A stretch of 64,000 nucleotides of DNA from Mytilus californianus (taxonomy: Eukaryota). Numbering within the stretch: position 1 is the first letter of the stretch; every line of letters starts with the position of its first letter. The position numbers and the translations under genes are program-made. Positions 34,701-44,357 of this stretch are shown here, piece after piece. Under the pieces are notes generated by a model. That model was given only the letters and a program-made list of their open reading frames with translations. It was not told the origin of the DNA and searched no databases. The stretch is from NCBI RefSeq assembly GCF_021869535.1, contig NW_026262690.1:93248001-93312000 (forward strand). The letters run 5' to 3'.

Positions 34701-37680
34701 TGATATTGTATTTTTAAAGCAAATCAGAACCTTTTTGTCCTATAACATGACATTCAAAAATTGCCATGCAGAACAAAGTTTCAATTTATTTCCAATAATG
34801 TTTATAGTTACAAATGTGAAGTTAAATGAATGGCTGAATTTGATTGAAACAGTCTTTTCTGATTAGAAATTGCCTCACATGTTCCAATCAGGGCTTCCAA
34901 AATTATTTTTAGCCAGCCGGACATTTTATATATTATCCCGATTTTAATCCTTTAAGACAAAATAAACAAAAGGCAATTATGGTAATCAGTTGCTGAGTTG
35001 GCCATCCCAATGATTGACATTAAAAAAAAACGATATTAAACTTTCTTTGATTCAAATTCGAAGTTCTGACGTAAACTGTTAAATTGGCAGTGCATCATTC
35101 GAAGTGTGCAACATCAGCGTACTTATATCAGCCTTAGACTCTTTATTTGTGCAAAATAACGATGTCAAAAACTTTACTTTCGTTTTTAAATCTAATACCG
35201 GATGTTATCTTGACAATGGTAAAACATGGACCAGAGACGGATACGTAAATTCCGTGTATGTTTGCAAAGCATGAATGAGTGTAAGTAGCTCTTTCTACGT
35301 TATTTCTTCAAGAAAACATTCGAAATAAACGTGAAATAAAGGCATCAATGACAATTGAAGCATTTTTTGATGAAATTAGGATGCATAATTAAATTTCACA
35401 CCTTTGCACATGCGCACACGTGAACTAGTTCAAACAGAGACATGTCTCTGGTTCAAACAACGTGGTTATGACGATTTTTCATTTTCACCTTTTTAATTTT
35501 TTCATCAAATCATATTTGCAAAGGTATTTCTGATAATTTAAATCTTTTTTACTAAATAAATTAGATGCAAACCGCTGAAATGTAAGAAAATAACTTTGAA
35601 TAGACCGATCAATGTCCTGTTCAAAATAGTTTACCTGTCACCTGAACAGGTAAATTTCAGCTGTTCGACAACTAATCAGACTTGATTAAAATGAGAAGGT
35701 ATTAAAGTAGGGGTTATTTTGATAGTACTTAATGATCATGTCACTTTTATGACCGGAAATGTGTGGCTGTTAAAGGCAAAAGGTTGGGTCAAAAAGATCG
35801 CGAATTATGTTAAAATTACCATCTCTTAAGAAAGCCTTGAAAACTAAAAAGTAGATGACCATTTTATGCTTTGCCCAGCCGGACTTTTACCGGACATTAT
35901 ACAAATGTCCGGAATATATGACCGTTTTGGAAGCCTTGGTTCCAATCTTTTTAAGGCAATCTCTTACTATACAGCAGATTATGGTAGAAATGTTTTTTTT
36001 TGGTTCAAAAGACTCTCATTAAACACAGGGAGGACAAACAAACAAAAACCCATTTGGAACATTTAATCTTGCACAGGCATGATAAAATTATGGGGTTAAA
36101 CTGGTATTGTAAAGCCCAAAACAATTTGTGTGGATAAATAAATTTATGGACCTAAACCTTCCTACCTCTTCCTCTTTTCTAGATTATTTTATTGGTCCCT
36201 GTTCTTTTCATTTCAATTTAAAAAAGAAATTAAAAATAAATAAAATTGTGTGACTTTTTAATGATCAGATCAGCCTGTCTAAGTTGATTGTGTTAGAAAA
36301 GTCTATTTGCTAATTCTGTAACTAATCCTGTTATTAGAGATCCATTAGTAAGAGTTGTTTCCCTTAAATTGTCACTGATAATGCAGAGCTAGTAGAAAGA
36401 GCAAATTCATCTGTGCTGAAAATGTGTAATCTTTGAGTCTTTTAAATAGTAAGTAAGTCAGTAAACTTTATGTCAAGTCAGCACATATATACAAAACAAA
36501 AAGTCACTTCATCTGTTAAAATTACAGTTAAACTTTAATTAAAGCTGAAAGCTTTTGATATCAACAGTTACTTTTCAATAGAAATTGTTTAAAACACCTA
36601 TATACATCACTTTCAACTTATCATGCTTTGCATGGGCAGCAGCCCATTTTATCTAGTTAAGAACCAGTCTATAATTGGCAAAGGGAAACAACTTATGTGT
36701 GTAATAAAATAAAAGGGAAACAACTTATGTTAAATGTGTGTAATAAAATAAAAGGGAAACAAATTATGTTAAATGTGTGTAATAAAATAAAAGGGAAACA
36801 ACTTATGTTAAATGTGTGTAATAAAGTAGAAGGGAAACAACTTATGTTAAATGTGTGTAATAGAATAAAAGGGAAACAACTTATGTTAAATGTGTGTATT
36901 AAATAAAAGGGAAACAACTTATGTTAAATGTGTGTAATAAAATAATCAAATCAAATACTTATATTAAAGTGCAAAAATAAACTTTGCAATATTGAAATAT
37001 GTAATTTTTTATATTTATTTGTAGATAGATCTAACAAGGAATCAGACAAAGACGACAAAGTCTCTGCTTTAGATCAAAATGGAGAGGAAAATGAAGATGT
37101 TATAAAAACTAAAAAACTGAAAAAGGACAATGAAATGAAAATCATGAATGAAAAAGTTATGGATGTGAATGACTTGGAAAACAAACCTCCAGAGGATAAA
37201 AAAGAAAATGATTCATCTGAAAATAAAACTGTGATTGAAAATAAAATGGAATTTCATTCAGAAACTAAAACTTCTAAAGATCAGAAAACGGAAGATTCTT
37301 TACAAAATAAATTAATGAACGAGAAAGAAATGGAAGTTGATTCCATAAATAAATCTTCAGACGACACAAAGATGGCAGACATTTCAGACAATAAATCACC
37401 AACTGAAAAGAAAATGGAAGTCAGTGATGGGGAAAGTTCTGAAAAGGATATGGAAACTAATGATGGCAAGCCACTGCTTACTGTAACAAAAGGAGAAATA
37501 GAGTCTTCATCTAAAACAAAAGGAAACAAAGAGTCTTCATCTAAAACAAAAGGAGAAAATAAATCTCCTTCTAAAACTAAAGGAGAAAAAGAATCTCCTT
37601 CAAAACCAAAACCTTCAGGGACTGTTTCAAAACCAATTACTAGAAAGGACTTACAAAACAAAGAGACCACATATCTTTAA
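22526..37680 (+). CDS. MACROD2: MacroD-type mono-ADP-ribosylhydrolase (MACROD1/MACROD2 homologue), 10 coding exons, 537 aa
   Basis: join(22526..22763,24281..24415,25620..25775,26096..26191,27946..27966,28889..28992,29582..29612,30013..30092,32570..32666,37025..37680). All introns GT-AG, phases consistent, 1614 nt open. Motifs [70 protein letters not shown]. Orthology to MACROD1 versus MACROD2 not resolvable by eye. Confidence 0.93.
24281..24415 (+). CDS. MACROD2: MACROD exon 2
   Basis: tttactacag|...|gtaag; (D)[44 protein letters not shown]. Confidence 0.88.
25620..25775 (+). CDS. MACROD2: MACROD exon 3
   Basis: ttttcag|...|gtaag; encodes [33 protein letters not shown]. Confidence 0.95.
26096..26191 (+). 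CDS. MACROD2: MACROD exon 4
   Basis: cttag|...|gtaagt; [32 protein letters not shown]. Six further donor copies follow. Confidence 0.92.
26137..26593 (+). repeat. 66-bp minisatellite spanning the MACROD exon 4 donor (7 copies)
   Basis: Unit gaagaatgtgctacactgagagggtgtaaaactggccaggcaaagatcactggag|gtaagtt(t/a)atg; GT at 26192, 26258, 26324, 26389, 26455, 26521, 26586. Confidence 0.97.
27946..27966 (+). CDS. MACROD2: MACROD exon 5 (21-nt micro-exon)
   Basis: ttttttag|gttacaaattaccagctaaac|gtaagt; GYKLPAK(H). Confidence 0.9.
28330..28813. mobile_element. Two adjacent TA-flanked MITE copies (28330-28540, 28605-28813), Tc1/mariner-like
   Basis: ta|ctgtggatt...aatccacag|ta termini; third copy at 49986-50196. 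Confidence 0.75.
28889..28992 (+). CDS. MACROD2: MACROD exon 6
   Basis: ctttttag|...|gtatgt; [35 protein letters not shown]. Confidence 0.93.
29582..29612 (+). CDS. MACROD2: MACROD exon 7
   Basis: ttttttag|...|gtgagt; [10 protein letters not shown](G). Confidence 0.93.
30013..30092 (+). CDS. MACROD2: MACROD exon 8
   Basis: tttag|...|gtacat; [27 protein letters not shown]. Confidence 0.9.
30822..32030 (+). mobile_element. Degraded Penelope-like retroelement RT region in MACROD intron 8
   Basis: [41 protein letters not shown], degraded [29 protein letters not shown]. Several stops and frameshifts; RT fused directly to the family tail at about 31946. Confidence 0.88.
32570..32666 (+). CDS. 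MACROD2: MACROD exon 9
   Basis: tacttgcag|...|gtatgg; [32 protein letters not shown]. Confidence 0.88.
33365..33473. repeat. Near-perfect hairpin (46-bp arms, 17-nt loop); mini-MITE or pre-miRNA-like
   Basis: 33365-33410 versus reverse complement of 33428-33473 differ at 2 positions. Confidence 0.85.
33577..33763. mobile_element. PIF/Harbinger (Tourist-like) MITE, 187 bp
   Basis: TTA TSD (33574-33576, 33764-33766); about 44-bp TIR gggctgttccat.aaaacatacatgg.acccaggga. Confidence 0.9.
33941..34206. mobile_element. Foldback MITE, 266 bp, arms over 100 bp
   Basis: aacaaggaattatt...aataattccttgtt; TTTA duplicated at 33937-33940 and 34207-34210; each arm carries the palindrome tagccatgca(c/t)gcatggcta. 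Confidence 0.88.
34889..35938. mobile_element. hAT-type non-autonomous DNA transposon (1050 bp)
   Basis: TIR cagggcttccaaaa / ttttggaagccttg (1 mismatch); perfect 8-bp TSD gttccaat (34881-34888, 35939-35946); subterminal gccggac motifs. Confidence 0.92.
36681..36946 (+). repeat. 39-bp minisatellite, 6 full plus 2 partial copies, near the end of MACROD intron 9
   Basis: Unit aataaaataaaagggaaacaacttatgttaaatgtgtgt. Confidence 0.95.
37025..37680 (+). CDS. MACROD2: MACROD exon 10: acidic, low-complexity C-terminal tail
   Basis: tttgtag|atagatct in phase 1, continuous with ORF-track 37135..37680. D/E/K/S-rich; stop TAA ends at 37680. Confidence 0.82.
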
Positions 37681-40024
37681 GAAGTACTTTTAGTTGACAT
37701 ATTTAGGGTTATTTCTATGTTTGATAGTAAATATCCAGAAAAAAATAATTGAATTTGTTAATAAAATTCCAGACAGGCTTAAAGCTTATTACTTTTGATA
37801 AAAGCTTTGTATAAATACTGAATGTTATGTTTTGCACTAGATCTTGATGTGAAAGTGCTGCTAATTGTTGGTGACAAATGGTGACAGATTGTATTATATG
37901 TAGTATTTTGTTGGTCATGAAGGGATTGGTTTTGTACTTAAAAAAAAACACATCAATGGATATCATTATTTATTTTTTTTAATAAAAATTTTGTGATTTG
38001 ACATAACCATGACAACAAGGGATATTTGCACACAAAAAATGTACTTTTTCACAGAGTGATGAAGGGTAAATTATTGAGCTTCACAAACATTTTCATAATA
38101 CAACAACTTTTGTTCAGAAGTAAGGATGGCCATTCTTAACATATCCATTTTTTTTTACTTTGTTAATCCTCAGGAATTTTCTTAAATATTGCCGTGAAAA
38201 TATTGCCCAGCAATCCTTATATTCCTTTTTTTTTTTCATTTTAAAAGATACTTATCAAATACACTTTTGGCAAAATTGTTAAGAAATTCTGGTTTTTAAT
38301 GCTTTATTTCTTAACAGTTTTATGCTAAAGTCTTTCCATTTAGGCACCATTGCTGACATTTTCATGTATTGCAAATTCAGTATGTATGATTTTTACTGTA
38401 AGCATTTTTGACATTTGACTAATACTCTGGAGGAGTTTTTTAATGTAAAGTTCTTTACTTTTCTTACATTTTAGTATTTAATATCTCTCTCTATACATTC
38501 CCTGAAATTTTTGTTTTGTTACGAGAAGAAGCTTCAGATTTAGGATGTTTGTCATTGATCATGACATTTTAACTTTTCACAATAACATTTGGAAGGTTCC
38601 AAGAAATTAACCTTACCAATGTATAACAAAAAATTGTCCTTATATTTCTCTGTACAATTTTAAAAGATACATAAAACATTTGGGAAAATATTATGTTATT
38701 CTAACAAAAAGGCGCCGCGAAATAGCCTTTTTGTTCTGATGGGGCGTAAAGCAATCACCAATCAATCAATTTAACAAAAAGATAGTTTTATTCAAGAATA
38801 TTTCGTTTGTTTTTGGTTCTTCAAACCAGGTTACAAAACATTGATTCATTGATGCTTGCTTACGCCGCATCAGCGCAAAAAAGGTTATATCTGGCAACAG
38901 GTTACATAACAAATAGATATTGAGAATACATTTGTAATTCATTGTCTTAGGTTCCTATGGATTGTTTTGCCATAAAAATAACCAGATTTTTTTAGCTTTT
39001 GTTGAAAGCTTCATGTAAGTATTTGTTATATGCTATTTTTATTATATATATTTTGACTTCATATAGGAAAATAAAAGATGAAAAAAAAAGTATTTTTTTA
39101 ACTTGCATGGCCACTGTGAAGTCTATCTGAGCTGTAGGACCTACTCTACGTCTATCAAATGAGATGATTGCCAAATTTAACTCATAACTGCTGTCATGTT
39201 ACCAGCCTCTCAATAATTACTGAAGGTAATTTCATCAATGGAAACCCAGAAAGAAAGAAGACAATACACTGCTGAAAGAGACTATGTTGACCTCTATATG
39301 TCTTATTGCTTTTTATTTTGTTGGGTTGCTGTCTTATTGATGTATCCCCAATGTCTACTTGTATTCAAATTAGACAGTTGGAAGAATGGAATAACATTTA
39401 ATTATTTTTTTGTGGTTGAAAAGAGTAATTTAAAAAAAAAAAACCTTTGATCAACCCAAGTCCAAAGAGTTACCTCCCCATGATCCTGATCATTGTTTTC
39501 ATTTTAAAAGCAATATTTCAATATATAATATATAAGTGATTTGTTTTGAATATAGAGCAAATCACATAAAAGAGCTTCCTTAATAGGGTAAGCATATCAA
39601 TTGCTACATGCCCCTCCTATTACACAACTAAGTTATCAAACTTGCAATGATTCAAATGCTAAATAAGTATTGACAGCATTAAAGTTAGTACCAGCGTTCA
39701 ATTTAGACCTTAACAAAAATTGACCTAGTGAGTCAGGTCAAGTTTCCAATAAGCCAATATGTTTTCAACTTTAATTTTAAACAAACTATTTTTTCAAAAA
39801 CATATCGGAACAAGTTTTTTTTTTGTTTTTTTTTATTCAATGTTGATATATCTTTTTAACAAGTTTTCAATAGAAACAATTATTTTGAATACTCCCCTTC
39901 TAAACCAAATGATTCATTTTAAAAAGTTAAGATTCAAATAATTATAATGAAAAAAAATCATGCCTGGACAAAGATGAATGGTTTGTTTGTTTTTTGCTGG
40001 TACTTAATCACTTTGGGCACCCCT

Positions 40025-40760
40025 GGTTATGTCATGGTGGCTTTTTTATTGGTGGAGAAAGTTTGGAGAACCCAGAGAGAACCACAGTAGCTGACCTTCA
40101 GCAGGAAAAATGCCCATTCTTGTCAATTTATATAGATCAGGGTTGTGAGATGGATTTGAAGGGCTAGTGATCAATGTAGATGAACTAGTGATTCTAATTT
40201 ACAACCTCAGATTTGAAAGGCTAGTGACCAATGTAGATGAACTAGTGATTCTAATTTACAACCTCAGATCTGAAAGGCTAGTGATCAATGTAGATGAACT
40301 AGTGATTATAATTTACAACCTCAGATTTGAAAGGCTAGTGACCAATGTAGATGAACTAGTGATTCTAATTTACAACCTCAGATCTGAAAGGCTAGTGATC
40401 AATGTAGATGAACTAGTGATTATAATTTACAACCTCAGATTTGAAAGGCTAGTGACCAATGTAGATGAACTAGTGATTCTAATTTACAACCTCAGATTTG
40501 AAAGGCTAGTGACCAATGTAGATGAACTAGTGATTCTAATTTACAACCTCAGATCTGAAAGGCTAGTGATCAATGTAGATGAACTAGTGATTATAATTTA
40601 CAACCTCAGATTTGAAAGGCTAGTGACCAATGTAGATGAACTAGTGATTCTAATTTACAACCTCAGATTTGAAAGGCTAGTGACCAATGTAGATGAACTA
40701 GTGATTCTAATTTACAACCTCAGATTGAAAGGCTAGTGATCAATGTAAGATGAACTAGCA
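40025..40760 (-). repeat. Degenerate SINE body followed by a 57-bp minisatellite (10 copies, 40162-40740)
   Basis: Unit ggctagtga(c/t)caatgtagatgaactagtgatt(c/a)taatttacaacctcagat(t/c)tgaaa. 40030-40130 resembles the SINE at 43311-43574. Confidence 0.88.
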
Positions 40761-41118
40761 TTTCTATGAAGTGTTTTTCACACATGCCATTAAGTGGCAG
40801 CTGTAATATGCAGTGAACATCATATGCATATGATGCATACATTTTACTATTTATAGAGAAGGGAACATCACGTTTGGAGGTTTTATAATTACTTGATATA
40901 TTGCATATATTATTCATTGCTTAAGTCAAGAATTATATGTAAAGATAAATCTTGATTTAATTATCAATGAAATCATGATTATTGAATGACATCAGGATTG
41001 ATTATTGTTCTGCTTATTAAAATTCCAGTAGCAACAGCTCTGTTAAGTCTCATGTTATTTGCCTGAGACTCACACATTTTCATGCTCATTTTGGGCATTT
41101 TCCTTTGATCTATTGTTT

Positions 41119-43056
41119 TTTATACGACCGCAAAAATTAAAAATTTTTTGGTCGTATATTGGTATGACGTTGGCGTCGTCGTCGTCGTCGTCCGGCGTCG
41201 TCCGAAGACACATTGGTTTTCGCACTCTAACTTTAGTTTAAGTGAATGGATCTCCATGAAATTTTACCATAAGGTTCAATACCACGAAAGGAAGGTTGGG
41301 ATTGATTTTGGGGGTTATGGTACCAACAGTTAAGGAATTAGGGGCCAAAAATAAGCATTTTTGTAACTTCCAGACAATAACTTGTGTGTAAGTGTATGGA
41401 TCTCTCTGACATTGTACCACAAGGTTCCATATCACAAAGGAAAGGCTGTTATTGATTTTGGGGGTAATTGCCTCAAAATTTTAGGAATTAGGGGCCAAAA
41501 AAGGGAAAAAAACAAGCATTTTTCTAGTTTCATGACAATAACTTGTGTTCAAGTGTTTGGATATTTCTGAAATTGTACTACAAGGTTCCATATCACAAAG
41601 GGAAAGCTGGAATTGAGTTTGGGGGTAATTGCCCGAAACGTTTAGGAATTGAGGGCCAAAAAGGGGCCAAAAATAAGCATTTTTCTAGTTTCCAGACAAT
41701 AACTTGTGTTCAAGTGTATGGATCTCTCTGAAATTGTACTGCAAGGTACCATACCACAAAGGGAAGGCTGGGATTGAGTTTGGGGGTGATGAATCATAAG
41801 GGGGTTCAAAAAATTTGGGGGGGGGTGGGGGGTTTTTAACTTTTTTTTTCTTTTTTTCCTTTTTTTTTTCTTTTAAAATTTTCCATTTTAAGTTGGTTAT
41901 TTCTGATTAATATTTAAAAGCAAATAATAATGATATGGTAGGAGATACACACCAAACAGGATGTGTAAATTATTATATAATAAGTATTGTGCAATAGCAA
42001 GAAATTTTCAATTGCACAGTATTGCACAATAGCAAGAAATCTTCAATTGCACAGTATTGCGCAATAGCAAGAAATCTTCAATTGCACAGTATTGCGCAAT
42101 AGCAAGAAATATCCAATAGCACAATATTGCGCAATAGCAAGAAATTGTCAATTGTACAGTATTGCGCAATAGCAAGAAATATTCAATTGCACAGTATTGT
42201 GCAAAAGAAGATACTTCGTATAAATTGCTTATTTCTTGATCAATTTCAATGGGGTTTTATTCTTGAATTCTTGGGGTTCTTTAATATGCTGAATATAACC
42301 GTGTATTAAGTTTTTGGATTTTGGGCCCCGTTTTTAAATTGGTCCACATTGAGGTCCAAAGGGTCCAAAATTTAACTTTGTTTGATTTCATCAAAAATTG
42401 AATTATTGGGGTTCTTTGATATGCCGAATCTAACCGTGTATTTAGATTCTTAATTTTTGGTTCCGTTTTCAAATTGGTCTACATTAAGGTCCAAAGGGTC
42501 CAAAATTAAACTTAGTTTTATTTTAACAAAAATTGAATTTTTAGGGTTCTTTAATATGCTGAATCTAAACATGTATTTAGATTTTTGATTATGGGCCCAG
42601 TTTTCAAGTTGGTCCAAATCGGGATCCAAAATTAAACTTTGTTTGATTTCAACAAAAATTGAATATATGGGGTTCTTTGATATGCTGAATTTAACCATGT
42701 ATTTAGATTTTTGATTTTTGGGCCCCGTTATCAACTTTGTCCACATTGAGGTCAAAAGGGTCCAAAATTAAACTTTGTTTGATTTCATCAAAAATTGAAT
42801 TCTTGGGGTTCTTTGATATGCTGAATCTAACCATGTATTTAGATTTTGGATATTGGACCATAATAGGTGAATGTCCAATTTAAAATTTTTAAGTTCTTAG
42901 ACCACATTCATTCTGTGTCAGAAACCTATGCTTTGTCAAATATTTAATCACAATCTAAATTCAGAGCTGTATCAAGCTTGAATGTTGTGTCCATACTTGC
43001 CCCAACTGTTCAGGGTTCGACCTCTGCGGTCGTATCAAGCTGCGCCCTGCGGAGCA
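41119..43056 (+). mobile_element. Helentron-associated (HINE/DINE-1-like) non-autonomous element, about 1.9 kb
   Basis: Lies between T-runs; subTIRs tatacgaccgca / tgcggtcgtat; (GTC)n; internal tandem arrays of about 160 bp (x3.5), 35 bp (x6.4, 41983-42207) and about 135 bp (x4.5); 3' GC-rich stem gctgcgccctgcggagca. Confidence 0.8.
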
Positions 43057-43310
43057 TTTTATTTCTTTTTGATCTTTACAATTTTTGCCAAATCTCAAGC
43101 ATTTGCATCATGAAAACTTGACAGCCCTGTAGCAAATATTACATACATCTTGATCAGTACAACGGTTAAACATCTTTTTGAAGTGGGATTAGACACCAAA
43201 CAATTGTGCATATATGAACATTGTTTTTCCTTATATGTAGAAAAAGTGCAGAAATTGTACATGTTATCCAACAGTAGCGGACCTAATTGCCTAGATGTTC
43301 CTCTTATAGA

Positions 43311-43574
43311 TTTGATTTGATTTGATTTTTGGTGTTTTAACGCCACTTTTAAGCACCGCTTTTGGGCTATTTCGTGGCGGCCAGTTTTTATTGGTGGAGG
43401 AGGCCGGAGCGCCTGGAGAAAACCACCGACCTTCTATAGGAAAACTGACAATCCTAGTCAATTAAGATTGGAGTCGAGTGCACCCGCACGAGCGGTGTTC
43501 GAACTCACAACCTCAGTGTTGACTGGCTAGTGATTACAGTAGTAACTATTTAGACCTTTCAGCCACCGAGGCCC
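43311..43574 (-). mobile_element. Full-length tRNA-derived SINE with TSD
   Basis: Minus strand begins ggggcctcggtggctgaaaggt (A-box-like), with B box gagttcgaacacc and an (AAATC)n tail; cctcttataga duplicated at 43300-43310 and 43575-43585. Confidence 0.9.
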
Positions 43575-44216
43575 CCTCTTATAGAAGAAAAAAGAATAAA
43601 CTGATACACAAAAAATAATAAGTATATCTTTGGTCTTTATTTGAAATGTTTTGAAATAAATTAGATATACCCTATGGCTCTAAGATGTTCTGTTTAACCA
43701 TGCAAATTATTGATTGTTTAGATATACATTTTATAAGTCGTCCGTTTTTGTCCTTGATTTTTTCAGTAACATTGGTATTTAGTTACATCTTCATAGAAAT
43801 CCAGATTACCTCCCTTGAAAGAGTTCTTTAGGGCACTATGGAAATTGTGACGCTTTCAGAATTCGAAATGTGTTTTGTAAAATTATTATCAGATAGTAAA
43901 GACATAATTTCCAAACGGTCTTTGTAGATAAAATACATAAAGAACATTCAGAAAACACATGGAACCCTCAAGTAAAAGAAAAACCTAGAGTGACATCATT
44001 TATTTTTGGCAAAACACTTTGAGCAGCTTAATTTTTATTTAATAATAAGAATAACAGATTAACATTTTAAAATCATACAACAGAAAATGTATGTTTACAT
44101 TTAATAAAGATCATACAAGACATACAATACTCAACAAAATTATATTTGCATATCAGTTAATGTTCTTATAGTTGCTTAATCAATGACTGGTGTTTGACAG
44201 AGACAACCTGAATAAA

Positions 44217-44357
44217 ATGGAACTTCAGTATTTGAAAAATATTAGAACTGCATTCAATCCTGCTCATATTCAGATAGCACTTGATGGAAATTATTTAGCA
44301 CTTCCTTTGACACGTACAACTGTAGGTGTGTGGAGTTTGCAAGATTTGTCATTCAAG
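44217..44357 (+). CDS. WDR27: WDR27 coding exon 1
   Basis: aaaATGg; MELQYLKNIRTAFNPAHIQIALDGNYLALPLTRTTVGVWSLQDLSFK|gtaaat. Acceptors just upstream (tcttatag ending 44171) imply a 5' UTR exon. Confidence 0.8.

Noticed and set aside
36693-36917. ORFs on both strands over the 39-bp repeat
   Set aside because: The unit length is a multiple of 3, so the ORFs are repeat artefacts.
37281-37670. 129-aa minus-strand ORF
   Set aside because: Antisense shadow of the low-complexity MACROD exon 10.
40167-40736. 189-aa repetitive ORF (INVDELVILIYNLRFERLV)n
   Set aside because: By-product of a stop-free 57-bp minisatellite derived from a SINE; no splice context and a non-ATG start.
43490-43574. tRNA gene candidate (A/B boxes, minus strand)
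   Set aside because: Continues into a SINE body and tail with a TSD; no complete cloverleaf evident.
43835-43975. Possible WDR27 5' UTR exon with a short uORF
   Set aside because: Only a weak donor (caa|gtaaaa); cannot be supported without transcripts.
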